DNA of 55,954 nucleotides, taken from the sequence record DRR378314_1208. One strand, written 5' to 3'. Positions 1 to 10,187 of the stretch are shown piece after piece. The position numbers and the translations under genes were made by a program. How positions within the stretch are numbered: the first letter of the stretch is position 1; every line of letters begins with the position of its first letter. The notes below the pieces were generated by a model that saw only the letters and a program-made list of their open reading frames with translations, did not search any database and had not been told where the DNA came from.

Positions 1-211
1 CCGGTCCGATCACCACAAGGTCCGGCTCCACCTGCAGCGTCAGCTGCACCAGCTTGTCGATATCGGTGACAGCCACATCGAAACAGGGGCCGATCTCGTC
101 CATGCCGGGATTGCCCGGTGTCGAGTGAACCATGTCCACCAGTGGCGATTGCGCCATTTTCCACGCCAGAGCGTGTTCACGCCCGCCCGATCCGATCAGA
201 AGAATGTTCAT
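1..211 (-). CDS. purD: Phosphoribosylamine--glycine ligase (5' part; runs off window start)
   Basis: Not in the ORF track. Manual translation from ATG at 211 gives MNILLIGSGGREHALAWKMAQSPLV...PGNPGM, the GARS N-terminal signature. Confidence 0.95.
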   Translation of the reverse strand, partial: MNILLIGSGGREHALAWKMAQSPLVDMVHSTPGNPGMDEIGPCFDVAVTDIDKLVQLTLQVEPDLVVIGP

Positions 212-453
212 GGCCGCGCTCATTGCGCGGGTTGGCCCCCGGAATCAAGCCCTCAGCGGCGCAGACCGCTCACACCGCCCGCCACCGCCGCCTTTGCTGG
301 CAGAGCAAGATGGGGAAAGTGGCAACCCTATCCCCATCCATTTCGTGCACTCACCCGAAAAATTATATTAATTTACAAGGCATTGACACCCTCCAACCTG
401 GCGCGCTCCTGCTGCCAATCCGGCAGGGGTGGGCGCCTGTCAGGGTCAGAGGC

Positions 454-1140
454 ATGCAAGCGCGTTCTGACTCCTCCCTGTTTGGCCTGATCGAGTTCTG
501 GTGGTCCGTGGCCAGCTATCTCGCCTCGTCGGCGCAGACCGGGCTCGGCCTCTGGCCCGTTCCGGCCAAGCCCTTCCTGCCCCGCGCAGAGCATGAGCGC
601 CTTGGCGGCCTCGTCACCTTCCTGGAAGCCATCCTGCGCCGCCTGCTCTATCTCGAAGCCGAGGATCTGGGGGCCCTTCCATCACGCTCGCTCAACGGGC
701 TCATCGCGGTGCCGACGCGCTCCCAACCGCACCAGGATGCCCCGCCCGGCAAAGCCCTTGGGTCAGAGCCACGCTTCAGGCTGATGGAATCGACGCCGCG
801 CAAGGCGGCCAATCCCCCACCGAAACAGTTCCGCACCGGGCCGCGCATACGCTTCCTAGACGAGCCCGCACCGGTTGACCTTCGGGATTATCCCGCGCTG
901 CCGACTGACATTTTACCCAGCGGAATTCTCATCCGCCGACTGCGGGCGATTAACCATGCACTGGACCATCCGGGCCAATATATAACCCGGATGCGCCGTC
1001 TGATCGGTGCTGCCGCGCCCGTCTTGCGCACGGCCTGCCCACCTGTGTTCAGGTCGCGCAGACTGAAGCATCTACAACAGGAAAGCGCCCGTGATCTGCA
1101 CGCTGTTGCGATGATGGCGCACGCCCCGGACACATCCTGA
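454..1140 (+). CDS. Hypothetical protein (~228 aa, Arg/Pro-rich)
   Basis: Part of ORF 118..1140; ATG at 454 avoids overlap with purD. Contains FLEAILRRLLYLEA and LIRRLRAINHALDHP; no domain recognised. Confidence 0.6.
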   Translation: MQARSDSSLFGLIEFWWSVASYLASSAQTGLGLWPVPAKPFLPRAEHERLGGLVTFLEAILRRLLYLEAEDLGALPSRSLNGLIAVPTRSQPHQDAPPGKALGSEPRFRLMESTPRKAANPPPKQFRTGPRIRFLDEPAPVDLRDYPALPTDILPSGILIRRLRAINHALDHPGQYITRMRRLIGAAAPVLRTACPPVFRSRRLKHLQQESARDLHAVAMMAHAPDTS

Positions 1141-1326
1141 ACCCGCCTGAAATCCATCCTTTCCGCGCGAAGCCCACCGGCTCTCGCGCCGCCTGTGCTG
1201 GTTAACATATCCTTTCCGGGGCCGGATCATTTGGCTGGCATGGTTTTACCGAGAAGTTATCCCGATCTGCGATGGTACGGCGTGAACCTAAAAAGGCCAG
1301 GTGAGGCTATCTCAGGGGTGGGAACC

Positions 1327-2769
1327 ATGATTATCCTGAATTTTGCGGCAGCACAGCTCAAAACGTTGCGCCGCCTGAAAGACGAAACCGAAGGCAATGT
1401 CGCGATCATTTTCGCGCTGTTGACCATTCCGCTTTTCCTGCTGATGGGATTTGCGATTGACCTTCAACAGGTCAACACCGCGAAGAACCGTGTGCAGTAT
1501 ATTCTCGACAGCGCGGTGATCGCCGGCGCGCGGGAGATGCAGGAGGGCAAGTCAGACACTCAGATCAAGGCCTACATCCTGAACTATTTCGAATCCGCGA
1601 TGAAGGCCCAGGGTATGGCGACAGATTGCGCTGACCCCGTCTCGACCATTGCGAGCGAATCCCAGGACATTTCCGTTACGGTGAGGTGTGACCAGCCGAC
1701 CTCGATCATGCAGATCACCGGCACGAAAGAGCTGACCTTTGGCGTCACATCCGCATCGACCTATGGTATCGGCAAGGTCGATATCGCCTTTGTGTTCGAC
1801 GTCTCCGGCTCCATGGGCGGCAGCAAGATGACGGCTCTGAAAGATGCCGCGGAAACGGCAGTTGATGTGCTTATCCCCGTCAAGGATGATGGCACAACCG
1901 GCGAAGTTCGCATCGGCATGGCGTCCTATTCCTCAATGGTGGATGCAGGCAGCGACTATTTCCTCAAGGCCACAGGCAAGACACCTATCCGTATCTATAC
2001 GGAAACTTATACAACTCGCGAGTTCGTCGGCTACGAATATGTCTGCACACGGGAGCGGCGCGATGGCAGTTGCCGCAGATGGGGCTACGAAGCAATCTAT
2101 GCTGATGTTGAAAAAACAGCCACGAAGACCGTCAACAATACTTGCGTAAAAGAGCGGATTGGAGACGACGCCTTCACGGATGCTGATCCCGGCCCGTATG
2201 CCTGGATCGAAGCGGCCGAGGCCTACATCCAGCGCGACCGTGACGGCGACCCATACACTGACTATTACGGAAACCCGTACTGGACGGTGGAAAGCTGCAA
2301 CCCGATCGGCCCTCAACCGATGACGGCCAATCGCGACAAGCTGTATGACTATATCGACGATCTGAACGCTAGTGGCGGCACGGCCGGTCATCTCGGCATC
2401 GCCTGGGGCTGGTATCTGATCGCGCCGGATTGGGATACGGTCTGGCCGGCTGGCTCCGACCCCTACCCGTACGACGAGCCGGACTCCGCCAAGGCCATGA
2501 TCATCATGACGGATGGTGAGTTCAACCAGGAGTACAACACCTCTGAAGGCGACTCCTTCGACCAGTCCAAGAAGATGTGCGACGGCATCAAGGAACAGGG
2601 CATCAAGGTCTATACCGTGGCCTTCAGCGCCCCGCGGGCCGGCCGCGAGATCCTGGCCTATTGCGCCTCCGGGGAGGAGTTCACCTTCACCCCTGACAGC
2701 TCCGAAGAGCTGAAGGAAGCCTATACGAAGATCGCCCAGTCGATCTCCGACCTGCGCATCCGCTACTAA
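1327..2769 (+). CDS. TadG/TadE-like pilus assembly protein with vWA domain
   Basis: Tad N-terminal motif EGNVAIIFALLTIPLFLLMGFAID; MIDAS FVFDVSGSM; GIAWGW; IIMTDGEFN; VYTVAF. Start at ATG 1327 after a GGGGTGG RBS-like site. Confidence 0.88.
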   Translation: MIILNFAAAQLKTLRRLKDETEGNVAIIFALLTIPLFLLMGFAIDLQQVNTAKNRVQYILDSAVIAGAREMQEGKSDTQIKAYILNYFESAMKAQGMATDCADPVSTIASESQDISVTVRCDQPTSIMQITGTKELTFGVTSASTYGIGKVDIAFVFDVSGSMGGSKMTALKDAAETAVDVLIPVKDDGTTGEVRIGMASYSSMVDAGSDYFLKATGKTPIRIYTETYTTREFVGYEYVCTRERRDGSCRRWGYEAIYADVEKTATKTVNNTCVKERIGDDAFTDADPGPYAWIEAAEAYIQRDRDGDPYTDYYGNPYWTVESCNPIGPQPMTANRDKLYDYIDDLNASGGTAGHLGIAWGWYLIAPDWDTVWPAGSDPYPYDEPDSAKAMIIMTDGEFNQEYNTSEGDSFDQSKKMCDGIKEQGIKVYTVAFSAPRAGREILAYCASGEEFTFTPDSSEELKEAYTKIAQSISDLRIRY

Positions 2770-2780
2770 TCCGCAAATCA

Positions 2781-2806
2781 GGCAGCGCTCCCCCGGGGGC
2801 GCTGCC
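2781..2806 (+). terminator. GC-rich stem-loop after the tadG-like gene (possible terminator)
   Basis: GGCAGCGCTCC-CCCG-GGGGCGCTGCC inverted repeat 11 nt after the stop; weak U tail. Confidence 0.5.
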
Positions 2807-3006
2807 AATTCCAACATCATATTTTCTCTATTAAGATCAAGTGCTTGCGCAACAGGCCCGCACAGGCGCGGCACAAGAGCGCCGAAATTGACAGCGCGCA
2901 CTCGCTCACATTGATCTGAATTGTAGACAGGCCCCGAACTTCCGTCATAATGCAGTTTGAAAACAGCGCGCTCGGCGCTGCACAAACCCTGATCGGGAGC
3001 CCCGTC

Positions 3007-4860
3007 ATGAAGCGGGATGTTTTGTCTAGCGCTCCCTCGCCGGTTGCGAACACGCCTGCCTTGTCGGCAGACGAGAGTTCCTGGCTTAGCGCCATCATCA
3101 CGTCGTCCACCGACGCCATCATTTCCAAGACCACAGACGGCATCATCGCCAGCTGGAACCCAGCGGCTGAACGCCTGTTTGGCTATGCGCCGCATGAGGT
3201 TATCGGCAAGTCGATCCGCCTGCTGATTCCCGAGGACCGGCAACCGGAAGAAGATGAGATCCTTACCGCGATTCAGGCGAACAAGACGGTCACGAATCTG
3301 AGGACAGTCCGCCGACACAAGGACGGCCATGATTTGCACATCATGGTCACCGTCTCCCCCATCCATGATTCAAACGGCAAGATCGTCGGTGCCTCAAAGA
3401 TAGTGAGGGACCTGTCCGCCGAGCTCGAAAGCCGCGAAAAGCTTGAGCAGAGCGAAACCCAGTTCAAGGCCCTGGCCGACAACATCCCCCAGCTTGCCTG
3501 GATGTGCGATCCGGAAGGACAGATCTTCTGGTACAACAAACGCTGGTATGAATTCACCGGCGCTGATGAAGCGACGACGCTTGGCCATGGCTGGAAGACG
3601 GTTCATCACCCGGAACACGAGGCGCGCGCAACGGAGCATTTTCTCAACTCGGTCAAGTCCGGCGAAGTCTGGGAAGATACATTCCCCTTGCGCGGCAAGG
3701 ATGGAAAGTTCCGCTGGTTCCTTTCCCGCGCCCATCCGATCAGAGGTGATGACGGCAACATCATCATGTGGTTCGGCACCAACACGGATGTGACCGACCA
3801 GAAACAGCGCGAGGAGCGTATTCAGCTCCTTCTGGGTGAAGTGAACCACCGCGCCAAGAACATGCTGACCCTGGTTCAGGCAATCGCACGCCAGACGATG
3901 GCCAGCGGCGAAAACTTCCTGGACCGCTTCTCAGAGCGCATGCGCTCTCTGGCATCCAGCCAGGATTTGCTGGTCAGCTCCGGCTGGCGCGGCGCACGCG
4001 TGGAAGACATCATGAGCTCCCAGCTCGCCCATCTGGAAGACTTCATCGGCACCCGGATCATCCTGAACGGCCCGCATGTCCGCCTCACCTCGGCGGCGGC
4101 ACAATCGCTGGGCATGGCACTGCATGAGCTGGCCACCAATGCCGGCAAGTATGGCGCGTTGTCCAATGATACCGGTCAGGTTCACATCACCTGGAACATC
4201 CGGACGGATGAGGATGTAAACCGGTTCGAGATCAACTGGATCGAAAGTGGCGGCCCCCCCGTTAAAGCGCCTGAGCGCCGGGGATTTGGCTCAACCGTTA
4301 TCGAAAAGATGACGCGCATCGCATTCGGCTATCCCGTGAAGCTGGAATTCCCGCCGGAGGGCCTGCAATGGCACCTCTTCAGCGTCGATGACCGCGTTTT
4401 TGAATCCGACTTCGTGCCAGAGCCGTCAAAGTCAGAGGCGCCTGATCCGCAATCCGTGGCCCCCGTTTCCGGGACACAGCAATCCCCGAGCGCCCATCGC
4501 CGGGTGCTCGTGGTTGAGGATGAGGCGATCATCGCCATCGACATGGCGGCCGCACTGGAAGATGCCGGTTATGCCGTCATCGGGCCGGTCGGCTCTGTGT
4601 TCGAGGCGATGCAGTTGCTGGATGAGACACCTTGCGACTGCGCCGTGCTGGACATCAATCTGGCAGGGGAAACCTCCGCGCCTGTGGCCGGACGGCTGCT
4701 GCAACAGGGCGTTCCGTTTGTGACCGTCTCTGGCAACACGCCGGAAACCAGCGGCGCGGAATTCAGTCAGGCACCTTTCCTGTCAAAGCCAATCATCACG
4801 AGCAAGCTGCTGACCCAATTGTCCCGCATGCTTACTGAAACGGCTCCGCAAACTCGTTAG
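3007..4860 (+). CDS. Hybrid PAS-PAS-HWE histidine kinase with C-terminal receiver domain
   Basis: Two PAS/PAC domains (WNPAAERLFGY; YNKRWYEFTG...VHHPEH); H-box EVNHRAKN; LHELATNAGKYGAL; WIESGGP; REC VLVVEDE...AVLDINL...LSKP. GGGAG RBS before ATG 3007; alternative start 2950. Confidence 0.92.
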   Translation: MKRDVLSSAPSPVANTPALSADESSWLSAIITSSTDAIISKTTDGIIASWNPAAERLFGYAPHEVIGKSIRLLIPEDRQPEEDEILTAIQANKTVTNLRTVRRHKDGHDLHIMVTVSPIHDSNGKIVGASKIVRDLSAELESREKLEQSETQFKALADNIPQLAWMCDPEGQIFWYNKRWYEFTGADEATTLGHGWKTVHHPEHEARATEHFLNSVKSGEVWEDTFPLRGKDGKFRWFLSRAHPIRGDDGNIIMWFGTNTDVTDQKQREERIQLLLGEVNHRAKNMLTLVQAIARQTMASGENFLDRFSERMRSLASSQDLLVSSGWRGARVEDIMSSQLAHLEDFIGTRIILNGPHVRLTSAAAQSLGMALHELATNAGKYGALSNDTGQVHITWNIRTDEDVNRFEINWIESGGPPVKAPERRGFGSTVIEKMTRIAFGYPVKLEFPPEGLQWHLFSVDDRVFESDFVPEPSKSEAPDPQSVAPVSGTQQSPSAHRRVLVVEDEAIIAIDMAAALEDAGYAVIGPVGSVFEAMQLLDETPCDCAVLDINLAGETSAPVAGRLLQQGVPFVTVSGNTPETSGAEFSQAPFLSKPIITSKLLTQLSRMLTETAPQTR

Positions 4861-5860
4861 CGGCGTCCTCATAAGATGACGGCAGCAATTGGGTATGGAT
4901 CGTCACGATCAGCCCGTCATCCGTATATTCACGCTCAACCCGCGTGCGCGGGAACATCTTGAAGATCTGCGTTCCGAAACCTGTCCGGGCAGGTGGCTGA
5001 ACCGGGCCCACACCCGTTTCTTTCCAGACGGAAACCACAATATTGTCTTCCAGCTTCCAGCTGAGATGGAGATGGCCGCCGGGCACGGAGAAACATCCAA
5101 ACTTGCGCGCGTTGGCTGCGAGCTCGTGCGCAATCATCGCGGCATCCTTGCTCGCCTTCACGGTGAGCAGGAAATCTGGGCCATCCAGTGTGAAGCGGCT
5201 CGCATTCCGTCCGACGGTCGCAATCAGTTCGCTCTCCAGAATGTCCCGCAGCCTGAGACCGCGCCAATTCCGGCGGCTCAGCTCGAAATAGGTCCGGCTC
5301 ATGGACGCCAGCCGCTCGTTGAAATCCTTGACATACGTGCCAACGTCGTCTGCGCTTTCGCCTGAAATCCGGGACGTGGCCATGATTACCGCAAACATGT
5401 TGCGGATGCGGTGGGCCAGTTCGTTTTCCATATAGTCGTTCTGGCGCTTCAGCTCGACTTGCGTGGTAATGTCTTCCGCCCGCTGGATCATGTGCGTGAC
5501 ATTGCCGTCCTCATCATAGTGAGGGTCCTGAACAGCTTGCCAGACGCGAGTCTCAACGGTGCCATCCGGCATGGTCAGTTCGTAAGGCTGGGCTTCGAGC
5601 GTCGTACGTTTGCCGCTGAAGACTTCCCGGAATTTCGCTTCCACCGGTTCCTGGCGGCCCCTCACATCGGGGAAGATGTCGAATATGTACTGCCCCGCCA
5701 GACGCTCCCAGTCAGTTTCTGTGGCGGTCATGTATGCGTCATTGGCGTAGGCGAAGCGCAGATCCTTGTTCAGAATCATCATGGGCATGGCCCAGGAGTC
5801 GGCCACATCCCGAAACAGCTTTTCGCCAAAACTGTCCGGCATTGAATCGTGACGTGTCAT
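4832..5860 (-). CDS. PAS-HWE histidine kinase
   Basis: PAS (YANDAY...GQYIFDIFPD); ELAHRIRN; AHELAANARKFG; WKETGVGP; GFG. Start uncertain. Confidence 0.88.
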   Translation of the reverse strand: MTRHDSMPDSFGEKLFRDVADSWAMPMMILNKDLRFAYANDAYMTATETDWERLAGQYIFDIFPDVRGRQEPVEAKFREVFSGKRTTLEAQPYELTMPDGTVETRVWQAVQDPHYDEDGNVTHMIQRAEDITTQVELKRQNDYMENELAHRIRNMFAVIMATSRISGESADDVGTYVKDFNERLASMSRTYFELSRRNWRGLRLRDILESELIATVGRNASRFTLDGPDFLLTVKASKDAAMIAHELAANARKFGCFSVPGGHLHLSWKLEDNIVVSVWKETGVGPVQPPARTGFGTQIFKMFPRTRVEREYTDDGLIVTIHTQLLPSSYEDAANEFAEPFQ

Positions 5861-5966
5861 GCGAATGTTTTTACCTCGTACACCCCGAACTTTCATCAAA
5901 TCTGTTAACAGTGAGTGACCACATCTGCACCCCTGAAGAACACTTGCCCTGCCCGGCATCCCCTAT

Positions 5967-7397
5967 ATGACTGTGATCATGCCGTCTGATACGCCCCCCT
6001 CCAATGATGCCGCCCTGTCGGTTTCCGACCTCGCCGCCAGCCTGAAGCGCACGGTTGAGACCAATTACGATCATGTGGTCGTCCGCGGCGAATTGGGCCG
6101 CGTCACCCTTGCCCGGTCCGGTCATATGTATTGCGACCTGAAAGACGACAAGGCCGTGCTGAATACGGTGATGTGGAAGGGACAGGTCAACCGCCTGCCC
6201 TTCAAGCCGGAAGAGGGTCTCGAAGTCATCGCGACGGGCCGTTTATCCATCTATGAGGGCCGATCCAACTACCAGATGATCGCCTCTTCCATGCGCCCGG
6301 CAGGCGCTGGCGCACTGATGGCCCTGCTGGAGGAGCGGAAGAAGAAGTTCGCCGCCGAAGGCCTGTTCGCGCCCGAGCACAAGAAGAAACTGCCCTACCT
6401 GCCCCGCACGATTGGCGTGGTCACCAGCCCGACCGGGGCCGTGATCCGGGATATCCTGCACCGCATCCGCGACCGGTTTCCGGTGCGCGTCATTGTCTGG
6501 CCAGCACTGGTTCAGGGTGACAGCGCTGCCGGACAGATCACAGCGGGGATCGAAGGCTTCAATGCCATGACCGGCGCTGACCGTCCGGACGTGCTGATCG
6601 TCGCGCGGGGCGGTGGCTCGATCGAAGATCTCTGGCCATTCAATGAGGAAAACGTCGTTCGCGCTGCCTTCAACAGCGAGATCCCGCTGATCTCTGCAGT
6701 GGGGCATGAGACTGACACAACGCTCATCGATTACGTATCCGACGCTCGCGCGCCGACCCCGACCGGAGCGGCAGAAATTGCTGTGCCTGTTCGTTCTGAA
6801 TTGCTGCTGATGACGGGAGAGCATGGCGAGCGCCTGAAGCGCGCGCTCGCCCGCCGCACCGGCCAATCACGCGACAAGCTGGCGGCAGCGCGCCTGCCCC
6901 GCCCCGAATCCCTGCTGCAGGCCAAGCGCCAGCGGCTCGACTATGCCAGCGCAAGCCTTCCCAAGGCGGCGCTCGCGCTCGTTCAGAAAGCCCGCCTGCG
7001 GGTCTCCCGGCTGGCGATCAGCCCGGCCAGTCTCAACGCCGAAATCCGGGCCTCGAAACAGCGCCTGCGTGACACAGCCGTCCGCGCGCGCCCGGCGCTC
7101 AACCGCCTGATCGAAGCCCGGCGGAACACGCTGGCCGCACAAGGCAAACTGCTGGAAACACTGTCCTATCAGTCAACACTGAAGCGCGGCTATGCCATCG
7201 TGCGCGATACCGATGGCAATCTTGTTCGCTCCGCGACGGCCGCCGCCTCCACACCCAGCTTCAAGGTCAGCTTCGGTGATGGCGATGTCATGGCGCGCCC
7301 GGACGGAGCCGCGCCGCCTTCGCCACCGCCTGCGCCGCCAGTTCCAAAAGCGGCAAAGCCAGCGAAGCCGAAGACCGATCAGGGCTCCCTCTTCTAG
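5967..7397 (+). CDS. xseA: Exodeoxyribonuclease VII large subunit
   Basis: SGHMYCDLKD, GVVTSPTGAVIRDI, ARGGGSIEDLW, SAVGHETD, RAPTPTGAAE. Confidence 0.97.
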   Translation: MTVIMPSDTPPSNDAALSVSDLAASLKRTVETNYDHVVVRGELGRVTLARSGHMYCDLKDDKAVLNTVMWKGQVNRLPFKPEEGLEVIATGRLSIYEGRSNYQMIASSMRPAGAGALMALLEERKKKFAAEGLFAPEHKKKLPYLPRTIGVVTSPTGAVIRDILHRIRDRFPVRVIVWPALVQGDSAAGQITAGIEGFNAMTGADRPDVLIVARGGGSIEDLWPFNEENVVRAAFNSEIPLISAVGHETDTTLIDYVSDARAPTPTGAAEIAVPVRSELLLMTGEHGERLKRALARRTGQSRDKLAAARLPRPESLLQAKRQRLDYASASLPKAALALVQKARLRVSRLAISPASLNAEIRASKQRLRDTAVRARPALNRLIEARRNTLAAQGKLLETLSYQSTLKRGYAIVRDTDGNLVRSATAAASTPSFKVSFGDGDVMARPDGAAPPSPPPAPPVPKAAKPAKPKTDQGSLF

Positions 7398-7618
7398 TCA
7401 GAATCAGGGCCGGGCTTACCGGACCCCCCCCTACGGAACGTCCATCAAGACCTCTCCAACAAAGTGCTCGCTATTTAATCAGTGCTGCACATACGAAAAA
7501 ATAGTGATATTTCGACACCCGAGCGAATGTCTGATTTTGTTCATCCGCATACCTTTCCGCAGTCTCAAAAAGTGTACCTTCAATAAGGTTTTGTGATGAT
7601 TTCGCCCAAAGCTTGTGC

Positions 7619-7667
7619 GTCGCACAAAACTGAAACCTTCTCGAACTTTCTGTTGTAAAACTTTGAT
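7619..7667 (+). promoter_or_regulatory. Candidate Pho-box-like direct repeats upstream of the TonB receptor
   Basis: GTCGCAC-AAAA-CTGAAAC (7619-7636) and CTGTTGT-AAAA-CTTTGAT (7650-7667) resemble CTGTCAT-AAAA-CTGTCAT; degenerate. Confidence 0.35.
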
Positions 7668-7738
7668 TTGAGCCGGTTTGAGCCGCTGAGTAGGCAGCGC
7701 CCGACTGCGCACAGTGCGCCTAGTTAACGGGTCAAATC

Positions 7739-10174
7739 ATGAAACACTCTTATCTTACCGCGACGGCAATTGCCGCTCTTGGTCTCTCCGGACAATTGTC
7801 CGCTCACGCACAGGAAACCAGCGCCGAAAAGGCTCGTCACCTGGAAGTCGTCACCGTGACGACACAGAAGCAGCAACAGGCGCTCATCGACGTTCCAATC
7901 AACGTGTCTGTGGCAGACCAGGCCCTGATCGACCTGCTCGCGGCCGATGATTTCGAAGACCTTGGCAACTTCGTTCCAGGCCTGCAGGTGCAGGCCCAAA
8001 GCCTCAACGCGCCGAGCTATTCCTTGCGCGGTGTGGTGTCGGATGGTGGTACGCCCCGCGTGGCCATGTTCCAGAATGGTGTGGCGATCGGCAATGTGGG
8101 GTTTGCCACCAATCTCGCCATCTATGACATGGAGCGGGTTGAGGTTGTCAAAGGCCCCCAAGCTACTCTGTTCGGCCAGGGCGCGCTGGTTGGCGGCGTG
8201 AACTTCATCCAGAACCGCGCCTCCCTGTCCGGCAATTCCGGCAAAGCCTCCATCGAAGGCGGTGACTACAGCTTCGTCCGCGCGGAAGGCCACTACAACT
8301 ACGTCATCAATGACACGCTCGCCCTGCGCGTTGCGGGTCAGCTGAAGAACATGGACGGCTATGTGCCGAACACCGCCAACTCTCCGGACCTGATGGGACA
8401 GGACACGCTTGCCCTGCGCACCGCCCTTCACTGGGAGCCGAGCCCGCAGCTGCGCGCCGACCTGTTCGTCAACTATCAGGACGATGATTCCACCGGCACC
8501 CAGTTCACGTCCGGCTTCTTCGAGGTAAACGGGAAGGTCGATCCATACGGCGCAACGGCCATGAACGTGAATGATGATCAGGTCCGCAGCAAGCTCGGCA
8601 ATGATCGTGAGCTGTTCTATGTCACCGCCAACGTCGAATACGACCTCAACGATGACTGGTCGCTGACCTCCCTGACCGACTATCGCAACCTGTTCTCGAA
8701 TGAAGCGTGGGACTCTGACGGTGTCGAGTTCAACCTGCTTCAATTCTATCAGGGCCGTCAGGCCAATACGTTCAGCCAGGAATTGCGCCTGAACTATGAT
8801 GCCGGTGGTAAACTGTCGGCCTTCTTCGGCGGAAACTATTTCACTGTGAACGGCAAGGATGAGCTGCGCTTCTCCACGGATGAAGCTTACGCTCAATCCC
8901 TGTTTGCACCGAGCCTCGCAGGTGCCGCTGGCCTGACCGTTGAGCAGGTTCAGGGCGCGCTGACACTGGCCGGTATCCCGGGCGGTGCAAACTTCGGCAG
9001 CTTTGATACGCCTATTCAGTACTCTGCTCTGGCAGCCCTGCTGCAAGGCGCGCTGGTACCGCTTTACGGTGAGCATCTGGAACAGCAAATCTCCACCGAC
9101 GAACGCGACACATATGACCTGTTCGGCGATGTGACCTATCAGCTGACAGATCGCCTCGAACTGACAGGTGGCCTTCGCTACACCAAGGAAGACCTGGCGG
9201 CGAGCTCCGTTGCAGCTGTCCTCAAGAGCAACCCGTATCTCGGCGGCCTCAATGGTGTGACCCTGGCGCCTTCCCTGCTGCTGAGCGCTGATCGCCTCAA
9301 CAACAAGGCTACCGGATCAGAAGAAACGGATGGTGCGTTCACATGGCGCCTGAATGCCGCCTATCGCGTATCTGACAATGTGAACACCTGGGTCGCCTAC
9401 GGCCGGGGCCGTCGCCCGGAAGTGCTCTCTGCTTCAGGTGCAAGCTATGATGTCATCGACGCGGAAACGCTGGACAATGTCGAGGCCGGTGTGTTCGCCC
9501 GTCTCTGGGATAATCGCGTCCAGATGACCAGCTCGGTCTACTATGGTGAGTACAAGGACTTCCAAACCACGCGCTTTGACCCGATCAACGGCGTCTTCAT
9601 CACCGAGAACTCCGGTAACGCCACCCAGTATGGCTTCGAATTCGATGGTCAGGCCCTGGTCACCGACAATATCCGCCTGCTCGGCACATATGCCTACACG
9701 CATTCGGAATATGATGACGAAGACGACAACGGAAACCCGCTCCAGTTCGCTGGCAACAGCTTCCGGATCAGCCCGGAGCACAGCTTCTCGCTTGCGGCTG
9801 ACATCACGATCCCGGCCGGCGAACGCGGCGATTTCTCGATCGTGCCGAGCTATGTCTGGAAAGATCATCACTATTTCGAAGATGACAATGGCTACAATTA
9901 TGCCGCTGACGGAAATGGCGGATTCACCCGTGTTCGTGAAGCCTATCCGGACGGCACCTTTGTCGAGGAAGAACAGGACGCATATGGCATCGCCAACCTC
10001 CGCATCGGCTTCGACAGCGCAGACGATCAGTGGGGCGTCTACTTCCTGGGCGAAAACATCTTCGATGAGGAATACCTGATCGACGTGGGCAACACGGGCG
10101 GTGCCTTTGGCCTGCATACCATCATCCGCGGCAAGCCGCAGATGCTGAAAGCCGGTGCCTATATCAAGTTCTAG
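7739..10174 (+). CDS. TonB-dependent receptor
   Basis: Signal peptide; TonB box-like LEVVTVT; plug DMERVEVVKGPQATLFG; beta-barrel; C-terminal Phe (YIKF). Confidence 0.95.
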   Translation: MKHSYLTATAIAALGLSGQLSAHAQETSAEKARHLEVVTVTTQKQQQALIDVPINVSVADQALIDLLAADDFEDLGNFVPGLQVQAQSLNAPSYSLRGVVSDGGTPRVAMFQNGVAIGNVGFATNLAIYDMERVEVVKGPQATLFGQGALVGGVNFIQNRASLSGNSGKASIEGGDYSFVRAEGHYNYVINDTLALRVAGQLKNMDGYVPNTANSPDLMGQDTLALRTALHWEPSPQLRADLFVNYQDDDSTGTQFTSGFFEVNGKVDPYGATAMNVNDDQVRSKLGNDRELFYVTANVEYDLNDDWSLTSLTDYRNLFSNEAWDSDGVEFNLLQFYQGRQANTFSQELRLNYDAGGKLSAFFGGNYFTVNGKDELRFSTDEAYAQSLFAPSLAGAAGLTVEQVQGALTLAGIPGGANFGSFDTPIQYSALAALLQGALVPLYGEHLEQQISTDERDTYDLFGDVTYQLTDRLELTGGLRYTKEDLAASSVAAVLKSNPYLGGLNGVTLAPSLLLSADRLNNKATGSEETDGAFTWRLNAAYRVSDNVNTWVAYGRGRRPEVLSASGASYDVIDAETLDNVEAGVFARLWDNRVQMTSSVYYGEYKDFQTTRFDPINGVFITENSGNATQYGFEFDGQALVTDNIRLLGTYAYTHSEYDDEDDNGNPLQFAGNSFRISPEHSFSLAADITIPAGERGDFSIVPSYVWKDHHYFEDDNGYNYAADGNGGFTRVREAYPDGTFVEEEQDAYGIANLRIGFDSADDQWGVYFLGENIFDEEYLIDVGNTGGAFGLHTIIRGKPQMLKAGAYIKF

Positions 10175-10187
10175 GCTGACTACAAAC

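Noticed and set aside
1202..1216. CtrA-like TTAA-N7-TTTC upstream of the tadG-like gene (similar half-sites near 5905 and 24460)
   Set aside because: Only one half-site matches or the spacing is wrong; too weak to call.
1933..3366. Long antisense or alternate-frame ORFs (e.g. 1933..3366, 7724..9088, 9434..10408, 13373..14344, 25590..26648, 28690..29661)
   Set aside because: They shadow well-supported genes in GC-rich DNA and show no family motifs.
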